This document shows positions 35,664 to 44,910 of a stretch of 64,000 bases of DNA, one piece after another (the first letter of the stretch is position 1; the number at the start of each line of letters is the position of its first letter). The stretch spans positions 25 to 64,024 of the forward strand of contig DASSSR010000009.1 of assembly GCA_035708345.1 (NCBI GenBank), in the 5' to 3' direction. A program made the translations under genes and the position numbers. The DNA is from Gaiellaceae bacterium (GTDB lineage: Bacteria; Actinomycetota; Thermoleophilia; Gaiellales; Gaiellaceae). The notes below the pieces were generated by a model that was not told the DNA's origin, made no database searches, and was given only the letters and a program-made list of their open reading frames with translations.

Positions 35664-36861
35664 GCGCGCTGCGGTAGGCGGCGAGGAGGCGGGGCAGCCG
35701 CTCCGGGCGTGCGCGCGCGGCCGCGAGGGCCTCCGCGACGCGCAGTGCGCGGACCGCGGGGTCGTGCAGCTCGGGCGGCACCGGGCGTCGCTCGGCCGCC
35801 GCGCGATCGACCTCGCGCGCCAGCCGCTCGGCGGCCGTGCGCCCCTCGCCGTCGGCGAGCGCGGCGGCGACGACCTGCCCGACCGTGAGCGGGACGGTGT
35901 GCGCGAGCAGCGCCCGCACGAAGGCATCGGCGTTCCGCCGCGGCGGCGGCACGGCCGCGCCGACGCCGACGTACGCGCGGCTGCGGCCGCGCACGAGCGG
36001 GTCGTACGCGATCCCGAGCGGCTGCACGACGCGCGGGCGGGCGATGCGGACGAGCGCCCCGACGCCCGCCTTCAGCGGCTGGAGCGACCCGTCGGGGGAC
36101 GAGCGCCCCTCCGGTGAGATGAGCACGACGCCGCCGCCGCGGATGATCTCCACGAAGCGGCGGAAGTCCGCCCGTGCCGCGGCCGAGCGCTCCGCGAACA
36201 GGTTCTCGGCGAGCGAGCCCGCGACGTCCTCCGCGCGCACCACCCACCAGAGGAGATCGGCGTACACGCCCGCGAGCGCGTCGCGCGCCCGCCGCGGCGC
36301 CGGGCGGCCGAGCTCGGACGCGCGCGCGTGCAGCCGGTGCACGAGCTCGGCGGGCAGCAGCTCGTCGAGCTCTGCGTCCGGCTCCGCGCGAAGCAGGTCG
36401 ACCACGAGCATCCGGTGCGCGCTCCGCAGCGCCGGACAGGGAAGCGGGCCGTCGAGCACCCGGGCGAGCCCGATCGGGAAGAGCAGCCGCCGGGCGAGGA
36501 GCGGCAGGCGGAGCGGATACCCGGCGAGGAAGCCGCGGGCGTGCAGGTCGTCCCGGAGCGTGAAGTGGACGAGCAGCTCCTTCCGCCACGGGCGGTAGAG
36601 CCGCGGGTACAGCGCCGCGACCGCGACCGCCGGATCGGCCTCCTGCGGATGGTTCGCGACGAGCAGCGTCGACGGCTCGAGGCGGGCGGCCGCCGGCCCG
36701 AGCGCCTGCACGCGGTACCGGGAGCGCGCCGCCGCGGTCAGGATCAGCGCGGCCGCGTGGTAGAGCGGCGCGCGGCGCCGCTCCGGCGCGCGGGCGACGA
36801 GCGTGTCGAGCGGGGGCGCGCCGAGGGCCGCGCGCTCGGTGGTGGACGCCGTCGCCGTCAT
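35653..36861 (-). CDS. PlsC-like (lysophospholipid/glycerolipid) acyltransferase-family protein
   Basis: The HX4D motif occurs in LLVANHPQEADP, and the downstream ISPEGRSSPDG block (the family's PEGT-type motif) is present. Length is 402 aa. Confidence 0.7.
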   Translation of the reverse strand: MTATASTTERAALGAPPLDTLVARAPERRRAPLYHAAALILTAAARSRYRVQALGPAAARLEPSTLLVANHPQEADPAVAVAALYPRLYRPWRKELLVHFTLRDDLHARGFLAGYPLRLPLLARRLLFPIGLARVLDGPLPCPALRSAHRMLVVDLLRAEPDAELDELLPAELVHRLHARASELGRPAPRRARDALAGVYADLLWWVVRAEDVAGSLAENLFAERSAAARADFRRFVEIIRGGGVVLISPEGRSSPDGSLQPLKAGVGALVRIARPRVVQPLGIAYDPLVRGRSRAYVGVGAAVPPPRRNADAFVRALLAHTVPLTVGQVVAAALADGEGRTAAERLAREVDRAAAERRPVPPELHDPAVRALRVAEALAAARARPERLPRLLAAYRSARGR

Positions 36862-36961
36862 GAACGTGTGATTTCGCCGCGCTGTCGGCCGAAACGACGA
36901 GAACCTCCACATCGCCTCACGATTTGTTTGCCCGCCCGTCCGCGGCGGGCAGAGCCGGAGA

Positions 36962-38113
36962 GTGGGGATCGAGAGCACGGCGCGGGCGGACGTCCTGCCG
37001 CGGGCGCACGCGGTCGCAGGGCTGCGGGAGGTCGACGCGGAGGAGTGGGACGCGCTCGTGCCGCCGGGCCGCGGCGGCCTCAGGCGCGCCCAGCTGCTCG
37101 CGTGGCAGGAGTGCGAGCTTGCCGCGCTCCGCTCCCGTCCGCTCGTCGTGCGCGGGCGGTCCGGCGAGCTGCTCGCCGCGGCGCCCGGGTATCTGTACGA
37201 GCTCGACGTCGTCGCCGTGCAGGAGAGCTGGGTCGCGCGGCTGCTGCAGGCGCTGCGCGTCGTCCGGCCACGGCTGCTGACGATGCGTGTGCTCGAGCTC
37301 GGCTGCGCCGTGCCGGATTCGCCGCCGTTCCTGCACGCGCCGTGGGTCGACACGGTCGAGGCGGCGGAACGGCTGCTCGACGGCGCGCTCCGCGAGGCCG
37401 ACGCCGAGCAGGTCGACATGCTGATCGTGCAGGATTTCCCCGACGACGCCCCGTGGCGGCGCGCATTCCGCGAGCGCGGCTTCTCGCGCATCCCGATGCA
37501 CCCGACGATCGTCGTCGACGTCGTCTGGGACTCGTTCGACGAGTATCTCGCCGCGATGCGCGCCAACTACCGCCGCCGGGCGCGGACGGTGCTGAAGCGC
37601 TCGGCGCACCTGACGCCGGAGCTCGTCGAGGACTTCTCGCCGCTCGCCGACGAGCTCTCGCGCCTGTGGCGTTGCGTGTTCGACCGGGCGACGGAGTACC
37701 GCCGCGAGCTGCTCCCGCCCGCGTACTTCGCGGCGGCCGCCGCCGACGACGCCACCCGCGTCCTGCTCCTGCGCCGCGACGACGCCAGCATCGCGTCGTT
37801 CGCCGTGCTCTACGACGACGCGCCCGTCCTGCACTTCTTCTCCTGCGGCTTCGAGGCGGCGGCCGGACAGGAGGAGGGGGCGTACTTCCGCCTGCTCTAC
37901 GAGATCGTGCGGGTCGGCATCGAGGAGGGGTACGAGGAGATCAACCTCGGCATGACGACGGCCGAGCCGAAGTACGACGTCGGCGGGCGCCCGCTGCCCG
38001 TCGCGTCGTGGATGCGCCATCGCAGCCGGCTGCTGCACCGGTCGTTCGCAGCGCTCGGCGCGGGGCCGTTCGCGCCCGAGGCGCCCGAGCCGCGGCACGT
38101 CTTCAAGGACTGA
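36962..38113 (+). CDS. FemAB-like / GNAT-fold acyl- or aminoacyl-transferase (DUF482 / Acetyltransf_6-type)
   Basis: 383 aa. The overall pattern (..WDALV....QLLAWQECEL..FDEYLAAMRANYRRRARTVLKR..FFSCGFE..YFRLLYEIVRVGIEEGYEEINLG) matches the FemAB-like family. Confidence 0.7.
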   Translation: MGIESTARADVLPRAHAVAGLREVDAEEWDALVPPGRGGLRRAQLLAWQECELAALRSRPLVVRGRSGELLAAAPGYLYELDVVAVQESWVARLLQALRVVRPRLLTMRVLELGCAVPDSPPFLHAPWVDTVEAAERLLDGALREADAEQVDMLIVQDFPDDAPWRRAFRERGFSRIPMHPTIVVDVVWDSFDEYLAAMRANYRRRARTVLKRSAHLTPELVEDFSPLADELSRLWRCVFDRATEYRRELLPPAYFAAAAADDATRVLLLRRDDASIASFAVLYDDAPVLHFFSCGFEAAAGQEEGAYFRLLYEIVRVGIEEGYEEINLGMTTAEPKYDVGGRPLPVASWMRHRSRLLHRSFAALGAGPFAPEAPEPRHVFKD

Positions 38114-38151
38114 CCTCGTACCGGTTCGCGAGCCCGTGCCGTTGGCCGACC

Positions 38152-39390
38152 GTGAGCCTCGACGCGGTCAGGGAGCTCGGCCAGAAGCTGACCCCGGCGG
38201 CGGAGGACGCGGGCGAGCGGAGGCTGATCGGCGTGCTCGGCCTCGGCGTCGTCGGCCTCACCTGGTCGCTGACGACCGTCGCCGCGTACCTGCCGGAGAT
38301 CCTGCACCGCTTCACCTCGTCGCGCACGGTCGTCGGCGGCATCCTCGGCGGCGAGGGGCTCGTGGCGATCGCGGCGCCGCTCGTGTTCGGGCCGCTCTCC
38401 GACCGGCTGCGGACCCGCCACGGCCGGCGGCGCCCGTTCATGGCGGTCGGCGCGCCGCTGATGGTCGCCGCGCTCGCCGTCGTCGCGCTGATGCCGGGGC
38501 TCGTCTGGACGGCGATCGTGCTCGGCTGCTTCTTCGTCGCGTACTACGTCTACGAGACGCCGTACCGCAGCCTCTACGCCGACTGCCTGCCGCGCGGGGT
38601 CGAGTCGGAGGCGCAGTCGGTGCAGCACCTCTTCCGCGGCGTCGCGATCGGGCTCTCGCTCGTGCTCGGCGGCGTCCTGCTCTCGCTCGCGCGGCCGCTG
38701 CCGTTCCTGCTCTCCGCGGGGATCGTCGCCGCGAGCGCGTTCGTGGTCATCCGCGGCGTGCACGAGCGGAGCGGCCGCGACCGTCAGCGCGGGCGCGCGA
38801 CCGAGCCCTTCCGGCTCGCGCTCCGCAGCGGGCCGCTGCGCCGCTTCCTCGTCGCCAACACGGCCTGGGAGACGACGTTCGCCGGGATGCGGACGTTCGT
38901 CGTCCTCTACATCGTGCAGGGGCTGAAGCAGCCGCTGTACGTGTCGTCGGTCGTGCTGGCCGTCGTCGCCGCGGGCTACATCGTCGCGGCCGCGACGGTC
39001 GGGCGGCTCGCGTCGGCGGCCGGCACCGCGCGCGTGATCTTCGGCGCGGCGGTCGTGTACGGCGGGCTGCTCTGGGTCGGGGTCTTCCCGAGCCACTGGC
39101 ACTGGTACTACCTCGCGCTCGTCTTCGTCGTCGCGCTCGCAGCGGGCGCGGTGATGACGCTCGCGTGGAGCCTGCTCTACGAGGTGATGCCGGAGGGCGA
39201 GCGCGGCTCCAGCGCCGGCCTCGGCGACGCGACGAAGGGCGCCGGCCTGCTGATCGGGCCCGCGCTGACCGGGCTCGCGATCGACCTGGCCCACGACTGG
39301 CTCTCGACGACGGACGGCTACGCGATCATGTGGCCGGTGCTCGCGCTGCCGATCGTCCTGACGCTGCCGGTCGTGCGGTCGCTGCGGTGA
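38152..39390 (+). CDS. MFS transporter
   Basis: 412 aa from GTG 38152 with 12 TM segments. The loop 2-3 motif GPLSDRLRTRHGRRRPF is present. Confidence 0.85.
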   Translation: MSLDAVRELGQKLTPAAEDAGERRLIGVLGLGVVGLTWSLTTVAAYLPEILHRFTSSRTVVGGILGGEGLVAIAAPLVFGPLSDRLRTRHGRRRPFMAVGAPLMVAALAVVALMPGLVWTAIVLGCFFVAYYVYETPYRSLYADCLPRGVESEAQSVQHLFRGVAIGLSLVLGGVLLSLARPLPFLLSAGIVAASAFVVIRGVHERSGRDRQRGRATEPFRLALRSGPLRRFLVANTAWETTFAGMRTFVVLYIVQGLKQPLYVSSVVLAVVAAGYIVAAATVGRLASAAGTARVIFGAAVVYGGLLWVGVFPSHWHWYYLALVFVVALAAGAVMTLAWSLLYEVMPEGERGSSAGLGDATKGAGLLIGPALTGLAIDLAHDWLSTTDGYAIMWPVLALPIVLTLPVVRSLR

Positions 39391-40703
39391 CGAGCCTCGA
39401 CGCGCGGGCGCGCGCGGTGCTGGAGCGGAACACGCGCACGGCGGTGCGCGACGGGCGGACGTTCCGCTTCTCGATCCCGGCGGAGGGCTCGTACCCGTTC
39501 CAGTGGTTCTGGGACTCCTGCTTCCACGCGATCGTCTGGTCGCGCTTCGACCGCGAGCGCGCCGCCGACGAGCTCCGCTCGCTGCTCGCCTGGCAGCGGC
39601 CGAACGGGATGATCCCGCACGTCGTCTTCTGGGACCGCTCCGCGATCACCGTCAAGAAGTTCTGGCACCACGCCGAGAGCCGCGGCGTCCCGTTCCTGCG
39701 CACGCCGTGGACGAGCGAGCTCGTGCAGCCTCCCGTGCTCGCGCAGGCGGTGGAGCGGATCGGCGGCGCCGTCGTCGACGAGCTGCTCGAGCCGGTCGCC
39801 CGCTTCCACGGCTACCTCGCGCGCGAGCGCGACCCCGACGGCGACGGGCTCGTCTCGATCGTCAACCGGTTCGAGAGCGGGCTCGACTACAGCCCGATCT
39901 TCGACGACGGCGTCCGCTACCGGAGCCCGGTCGCGCTCTTCCTCGCCGCCCGCCGCGGCGAGGTCGTCAACAAGCTGCTCGGCTTCGACCTCGAGCGCAT
40001 CTTCCGCCACACCGACCACCACTTCGAGGGCGTGCTCTTCAACACGCTGCACGCGGACGGGCTCGCGGCGCTCGCGCGGCTCGCGCGCGGACGCGACGAC
40101 GAGCTCGCGGGCTGGGCGGCGGCGCAGGCGGCGCGGGTGACGTCGGCGCTGCTCGAGCGGTGCTGGGACGAGCGGCGGGGGCTCTTCTTCAACCTCCGCG
40201 GCCGCGGCGAGGCGCGGACGACGCAACGGTCGATCGTCTCGCTGCTGCCGCTCGTGCTCGCCGACCTGCCGCGGGAGGTCTCGGAGGCGCTCGTCGAGCA
40301 CCTGCTCGACCCGGCCACGTTCTGGACGCCCCATCCCGTCCCCTCGGTGCCGCGCGACGACCCGGCGTTCCTGCGCCGCAGCCGCCTGCGCCGCGTGCGC
40401 TTCATCTGGCGCGGGCCGACGTCCGCCAACACGAACTGGCTCCTCTGGCGGGGGCTGCGCAGGCACGGCTACGCGCGCGAGGCGGACGAGCTGGCCGAGC
40501 GGTCGCGCGCGCTCGCCGAGCGCGGCTTCAACGAGTTCTACGACCCGCTCGACGGCACGCCCTGCGGCGCCAGGGACTTCGGCTGGTCGACGCTCGCGGT
40601 CGAGCTGGACTCCGGCTGCAGCTCTCGCCAGAGCAGCCACGCGACGAGCGAGATCATCACGAACGAGCCCTCGAGCAGCATGATCCCGCCGCCGACGCGC
40701 TGA
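39387..40703 (+). CDS. GH63-like (alpha/alpha)6 glycoside hydrolase, glucosylglycerate/mannosylglycerate-hydrolase-like
   Basis: Blocks YPFQWFWDSCFHAIVW, RFESGLDYSP, ANTNWLLWRGL and FNEFYDPLDGTPCGARDFGWS. GTG 39387 overlaps the MFS stop (GTGA). Confidence 0.8.
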   Translation: MTSLDARARAVLERNTRTAVRDGRTFRFSIPAEGSYPFQWFWDSCFHAIVWSRFDRERAADELRSLLAWQRPNGMIPHVVFWDRSAITVKKFWHHAESRGVPFLRTPWTSELVQPPVLAQAVERIGGAVVDELLEPVARFHGYLARERDPDGDGLVSIVNRFESGLDYSPIFDDGVRYRSPVALFLAARRGEVVNKLLGFDLERIFRHTDHHFEGVLFNTLHADGLAALARLARGRDDELAGWAAAQAARVTSALLERCWDERRGLFFNLRGRGEARTTQRSIVSLLPLVLADLPREVSEALVEHLLDPATFWTPHPVPSVPRDDPAFLRRSRLRRVRFIWRGPTSANTNWLLWRGLRRHGYAREADELAERSRALAERGFNEFYDPLDGTPCGARDFGWSTLAVELDSGCSSRQSSHATSEIITNEPSSSMIPPPTR

Positions 40704-41311
40704 TCGTCGAGCCGGTCGCCGTAGCGCGCGTAGTACACGTGCCCGGACCACATGAAGATCTGCGAGAGCGTCAGCGAGACGAGCCACATCACGCCGACGT
40801 AGGCGAGCCGGTGCGGCAGCCGGAACCAGCGCGGCCCGGGCAGCAGCTCGAGCAGAGCCGCCCAGAGCAGCGCGCCGCACGTGAAGAAGAGCAGGTGCTG
40901 GAGCGCGTGCACCGCGTCGTGGTCGAGCGCCGCGTCGTAGAGCGGCGCGACGTGCCAGAGGCAGATGTCGACGGCCCAGAGCGGCAGCGCGACGAGCGGG
41001 TGCGCGAGCACGCGCAGCGTGCGCACGGGCCGCAGCGCGAGCGCCGGCCGCAGCAGCGGCCCGTTCAGGCCGAGCACGCAGAAGAGCGGCGCGAGGTCGC
41101 CGATCAGCAAATGCTGAGCCATGTGGGCGGAGAAGTAGCGCTCCTCGCCGAGCCGGTCGAGCGGTGAGAGGAAGGCGACGAGCAGCAGGGCGATCCCGGT
41201 AGCGAACGAGACGGCGCGCAGGACGTCGACCGTGCCCCGCCGGCGCCGGACGCGCAGCACCGCCGCGGCGTAGAGCGCCGCCGCGAGCAGGGTGAGCGCG
41301 AGCTGGGACAT
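40538..41311 (-). CDS. ctaG: Cytochrome c oxidase assembly factor CtaG (Bacillus caa3_CtaG type)
   Basis: 257 aa with 6-7 TM segments. The blocks FSAHMAQHLLIGDLAPLF and HALQHLLFF are characteristic. It is divergent from ctaC. Confidence 0.8.
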   Translation of the reverse strand: MSQLALTLLAAALYAAAVLRVRRRRGTVDVLRAVSFATGIALLLVAFLSPLDRLGEERYFSAHMAQHLLIGDLAPLFCVLGLNGPLLRPALALRPVRTLRVLAHPLVALPLWAVDICLWHVAPLYDAALDHDAVHALQHLLFFTCGALLWAALLELLPGPRWFRLPHRLAYVGVMWLVSLTLSQIFMWSGHVYYARYGDRLDDQRVGGGIMLLEGSFVMISLVAWLLWRELQPESSSTASVDQPKSLAPQGVPSSGS

Positions 41312-41364
41312 CGGGGTACGAACCGTTTTACCCGGTCACCCCCGGGTAGCCCGCATCCCGTACC

Positions 41365-42354
41365 GTGAAACAGTCGGGGGACAGGATCCGGGGGGCGCGG
41401 CTCGCCGTGCTGGGCGGCGGAGTCGTCTTCGTCCTCGCCGGCTGCGGCAACGGCCAGAACACGCTCCAGCCGAAGAGCCCGCAGGCCGGCTCGATCGCGA
41501 CGCTCTGGTGGATCATGCTCGGCGTCTCGACGTTCGGGCTCGCCGTGATCGTCGGGATGCTCGTCGTCTCCTGGTTCAAGCGCGGCGGCGTCGGCCGCGA
41601 GCGTCCGGCGACGATCACCGTCCTCGTGCTCGGGATCGCGACGCCGATCCTCGTGATCGCCGCGCTCTTCTCCTACTCCGACATCTTCCTGATCCGCGGC
41701 ACGTCCGCACCGCCGCCGACCTCGCTCGTCGCGAAGCGCGCGCTCGACATCACGGTGATCGGCCATCAGTTCTGGTGGGAGGTGCACTACCCGAAGGGGA
41801 AGGTCGTGACCGCGAACGAGATCCACATCCCGGTGCGCACCCCGGTCGTCGTCTCGGTCACCTCGCGCGACGTCATCCACAGCTTCTGGGTGCCGGAGCT
41901 GAACCGGAAGATGGACCTCGAGCCGGGGCGGACGAACCAGGTCGAGATCTACGCGAGCAAGGTGGGCAAGTACCGCGGCCAGTGCGCCGAGTTCTGCGGG
42001 CTGCAGCACGCGCACATGGCGTTCTACGTCTTCGCCGACCCGCCGCCGGTCTTCGCGCGCTGGCTGAAGCGGGAGGCGAAGCCGGCGACGCGCACGCTGC
42101 CGCTGTTCCAGAGCACGTGCTCGAACTGCCACGCGATCCAGGGGACGCCCGCGAACGCGCACGTCGGCCCCGACCTCACGCACGTCGGCTCCCGCACGAC
42201 GATCGCCGCCGGGACGCTGACGAACACGCTCGCGAACATGGAGCAGTGGATCGCGCACCCGCAGGAGGTCAAGCCGGGTAACCAGATGCCCGACCTGAAG
42301 CTGACCGGCGCGCAGGTCCACGAGCTCGCCGCGTATCTGGAGAGCCTGAAGTGA
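41365..42354 (+). CDS. ctaC: Cytochrome c oxidase subunit II with a fused C-terminal cytochrome c domain (caa3 type). Lipoprotein-like signal.
   Basis: CuA site HSFWVPEL..CAEFCGLQHAHM. C-terminal CSNCH heme-c motif plus GNQMP. Lipobox LAGC. Confidence 0.95.
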   Translation: MKQSGDRIRGARLAVLGGGVVFVLAGCGNGQNTLQPKSPQAGSIATLWWIMLGVSTFGLAVIVGMLVVSWFKRGGVGRERPATITVLVLGIATPILVIAALFSYSDIFLIRGTSAPPPTSLVAKRALDITVIGHQFWWEVHYPKGKVVTANEIHIPVRTPVVVSVTSRDVIHSFWVPELNRKMDLEPGRTNQVEIYASKVGKYRGQCAEFCGLQHAHMAFYVFADPPPVFARWLKREAKPATRTLPLFQSTCSNCHAIQGTPANAHVGPDLTHVGSRTTIAAGTLTNTLANMEQWIAHPQEVKPGNQMPDLKLTGAQVHELAAYLESLK

Positions 42355-42421
42355 GCGTAGGCTCGACGGAGCTCACCAGAGAGCGGAGGCGTCAGCTTCG
42401 CCGGCGCCGGGAGCGGGTCAC

Positions 42422-44317
42422 GTGAGCACGACGACCGTCACCGAGCGCGTCGACCGGCTCGACCGGATGTGGACCGCGCGGCCGGGCCTGCTCGGCTGGC
42501 TGACGACGACCGACCACAAGCGGATCGGGCTGCTCTACTTCTGGACGACGCTCGTCTTCTTCGGCGCCGGCGGCGTCGAGGCGCTGACGATGCGCACGCA
42601 GCTGATCGAGCCGAACAGCCACCTCGTCGGCCCGGAGCTCTACAACCAGCTGTTCACCGTGCACGGGATGACGATGATCTTCTGGTTCATCATCCCGATG
42701 ACGACCGGGGCGTTCGGGAACTACCTCGTCCCGTTGATGGTGGGCGCGCGGGATCTCGCCTTCCCGCGGCTGAACGCGCTCAGCTTCTGGATCTTCGTCG
42801 CGTCCGGGATCTTCCTCTACATCGGCCTCTTCAGCGGCTTCGGGCCCGACGCCGGCTGGTTCGACTACGTCCCGCTCGCGTCGAAGCTGTACGACCCCGG
42901 CCGGAACATCGAGTTCTACACGCTCGCGGTGATCTTCAACGGCATGTCGTCGACGCTGACGGCGGCGAACCTGATCGTGACGATCCTGAAGCTGCGCGCG
43001 CCCGGGATGTCGTTCAACCGGATGCCGCTCTTCTGCTTCGCGTTCCTCGCGGCGTCGCTCGGCCTCCTGTTCGCGCTGCCGTCGCTGACGGCCGACACGA
43101 TCTTCCTCTACCTCGACCGCAACGTCGGCACGCACTTCTTCGACCCGTCGCACGGAGGGTCGACGCTGCTCTGGCAGCACCTCTTCTGGTTCTTCGGCCA
43201 TCCGGAGGTGTACATCCTCATCGTCCCTGCGTTCGGGATCGCGACGGAGATCATCCCTGCGTTCACGCAGCGCAAGATGATCGCCTTCCCGCTCGTCGCG
43301 ATCGCCGAGCTGCTCGTCGTCTTCATCGGCTTCGGCGTCTGGGCGCACCACATGTTCGCGACGGGCATCCCGACGACGACGCTGATCTTCTTCGCGGGCG
43401 CGACGGCGATGGTGGTGATCCCGTCGACGATCCAGGTGTTCGCGTGGTCGACGTCGATCCTCGTCGGCCGACCGCAGTTCAAGACGCCGCTGCTGTTCAT
43501 CGTCGGCTTCATCTTCATGTTCGTCGTCGGCGGCCTGACCGGGATCATGTTCCTGGCGATCCCGTTCGACCAGCAGACGACGGACACGTACTTCGTGATC
43601 GCCCACTTCCACTACATCATCTTCGGAGCCGCCGTCTTCCCGATCTTCGGCGGCATGTACTACTGGTTCCCGAAGGTCACCGGGAAGCTGTACTTCGAGC
43701 TGCCGGGGCAGATCTCGTTCTGGATCCTGATGGTCGGGACGAACCTGCTCTTCTTCCCGATGCACATCGTCGGGCTGCTCGGGATGCCGCGCCGGGTCTA
43801 CACGTACCCGGCGAACATGGGCTGGGGCAGCTACAACCTGGCCGAGACGATCGGCGGCTACATCACGGGGATCGGGATCCTCGTGCTGTTCGCGAACCTC
43901 GTCGTCTCGTACTTCCGCGGCGCGCCCGCCGGGCCCGACCCGTGGCACGGGCCGACGCTCGAGTGGAGCATCCCGTCGCCGCCGCCCGAGTACAACTTCG
44001 CCGTCCTCCCGGTCGTCTCGAGCCCGTACCCGAACTGGGACCACGACGACCGCGAGCTGGACGGGCGGCGCCTCGAGGCGGGCGAAGGCCTCCTCGACCA
44101 GGGCCACCAGCAGCGCGTGTCGGCGCTGATCGACGGCTGGCGCGTCGGCATCGCGGACATGCCGCACTCGTCGCCGTGGCCGATCGTCTCCGCGTTCGTG
44201 CTGACGCTGATGTTCACCGTCCTCGTCGTCGAGAAGTTCGTCGTCGCTGCGTTCCTCGCGATCGTGCTGCTGGCGACATTCCTCGGCTGGCATTCGAAGG
44301 AGCCGCAGGAGCATTGA
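42422..44317 (+). CDS. ctaD: Cytochrome c oxidase subunit I
   Basis: 631 aa with the canonical blocks WFFGHPEVYILI, GFGVWAHHMF and HFHY. Confidence 0.97.
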   Translation: MSTTTVTERVDRLDRMWTARPGLLGWLTTTDHKRIGLLYFWTTLVFFGAGGVEALTMRTQLIEPNSHLVGPELYNQLFTVHGMTMIFWFIIPMTTGAFGNYLVPLMVGARDLAFPRLNALSFWIFVASGIFLYIGLFSGFGPDAGWFDYVPLASKLYDPGRNIEFYTLAVIFNGMSSTLTAANLIVTILKLRAPGMSFNRMPLFCFAFLAASLGLLFALPSLTADTIFLYLDRNVGTHFFDPSHGGSTLLWQHLFWFFGHPEVYILIVPAFGIATEIIPAFTQRKMIAFPLVAIAELLVVFIGFGVWAHHMFATGIPTTTLIFFAGATAMVVIPSTIQVFAWSTSILVGRPQFKTPLLFIVGFIFMFVVGGLTGIMFLAIPFDQQTTDTYFVIAHFHYIIFGAAVFPIFGGMYYWFPKVTGKLYFELPGQISFWILMVGTNLLFFPMHIVGLLGMPRRVYTYPANMGWGSYNLAETIGGYITGIGILVLFANLVVSYFRGAPAGPDPWHGPTLEWSIPSPPPEYNFAVLPVVSSPYPNWDHDDRELDGRRLEAGEGLLDQGHQQRVSALIDGWRVGIADMPHSSPWPIVSAFVLTLMFTVLVVEKFVVAAFLAIVLLATFLGWHSKEPQEH

Positions 44318-44910
44318 CAGAGATCACTGCAGAGACGCTGGACCCGCGGGCGCGCGAGCGCTTCCCGATCGGCTGGTGGGGCATGGCGATCGTCGTCGCG
44401 AGCGAGGGGACGTTGTTCGCGATGATGGTCGGCACGTACTTCTACCTGCGCTTCCGCACCCCGGTCTGGCCGCCGGCGGGCGTGCCGAAGCCGCACGTGC
44501 TCGTCCCCGCCGTCGTGCTCGGCTGCCTCGTGCTGACGGCGATCCCGATGCGGCTGGCGTCGGTCGCCGGCCAGGCGGGCAGGCTGCGCGCGACGCGGTG
44601 GCTGCTCGTCCTCGCGACGCTCGTGCAGGCCGGCTACTTCTGGGTCGAGGTCTGGAGCTACCTCGAGGACCTCGAGAAGTCGACGCCGCAGCGCGACGCC
44701 TACGACTCGATCTACTACACGCTGCTCGGCGCCGACCACGCGCACATCGCGATCGGCGTGCTGCTGAACCTCTGGCTGCTCTGGAAGCTGCGCTACGGCT
44801 TCACGCAGTACCGGACGACGGCGCTGCGCGCGATCAGCTTCTTCTGGCTCGCGGTGATCGTCATGACGGTCGTCGTGATCCTCACCACCCTCTCCCCGTC
44901 CTTCACGTGA
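44314..44910 (+). CDS. ctaE: Cytochrome c oxidase subunit III
   Basis: TTG 44314 (TTGA overlap, GAAGGAG 11 nt upstream). The translation WWGMAIVVASEGTLFAMMVGTYFYLR...YYTLLGADHAHIAIGVL is subunit-III-like. Confidence 0.85.
   Translation: MTEITAETLDPRARERFPIGWWGMAIVVASEGTLFAMMVGTYFYLRFRTPVWPPAGVPKPHVLVPAVVLGCLVLTAIPMRLASVAGQAGRLRATRWLLVLATLVQAGYFWVEVWSYLEDLEKSTPQRDAYDSIYYTLLGADHAHIAIGVLLNLWLLWKLRYGFTQYRTTALRAISFFWLAVIVMTVVVILTTLSPSFT

Noticed and set aside
41312-41364. GTAC, TTTTAC and GGTCAC words in the ctaG/ctaC divergent region, considered as further copies of the 49016 element or of the TTAC-N7-TTAC box.
   Set aside because: The words are present, but the spacing does not reproduce either the 11-bp-phased TTAC pair or the arms of the tandem element. 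The similarity is too weak to claim.
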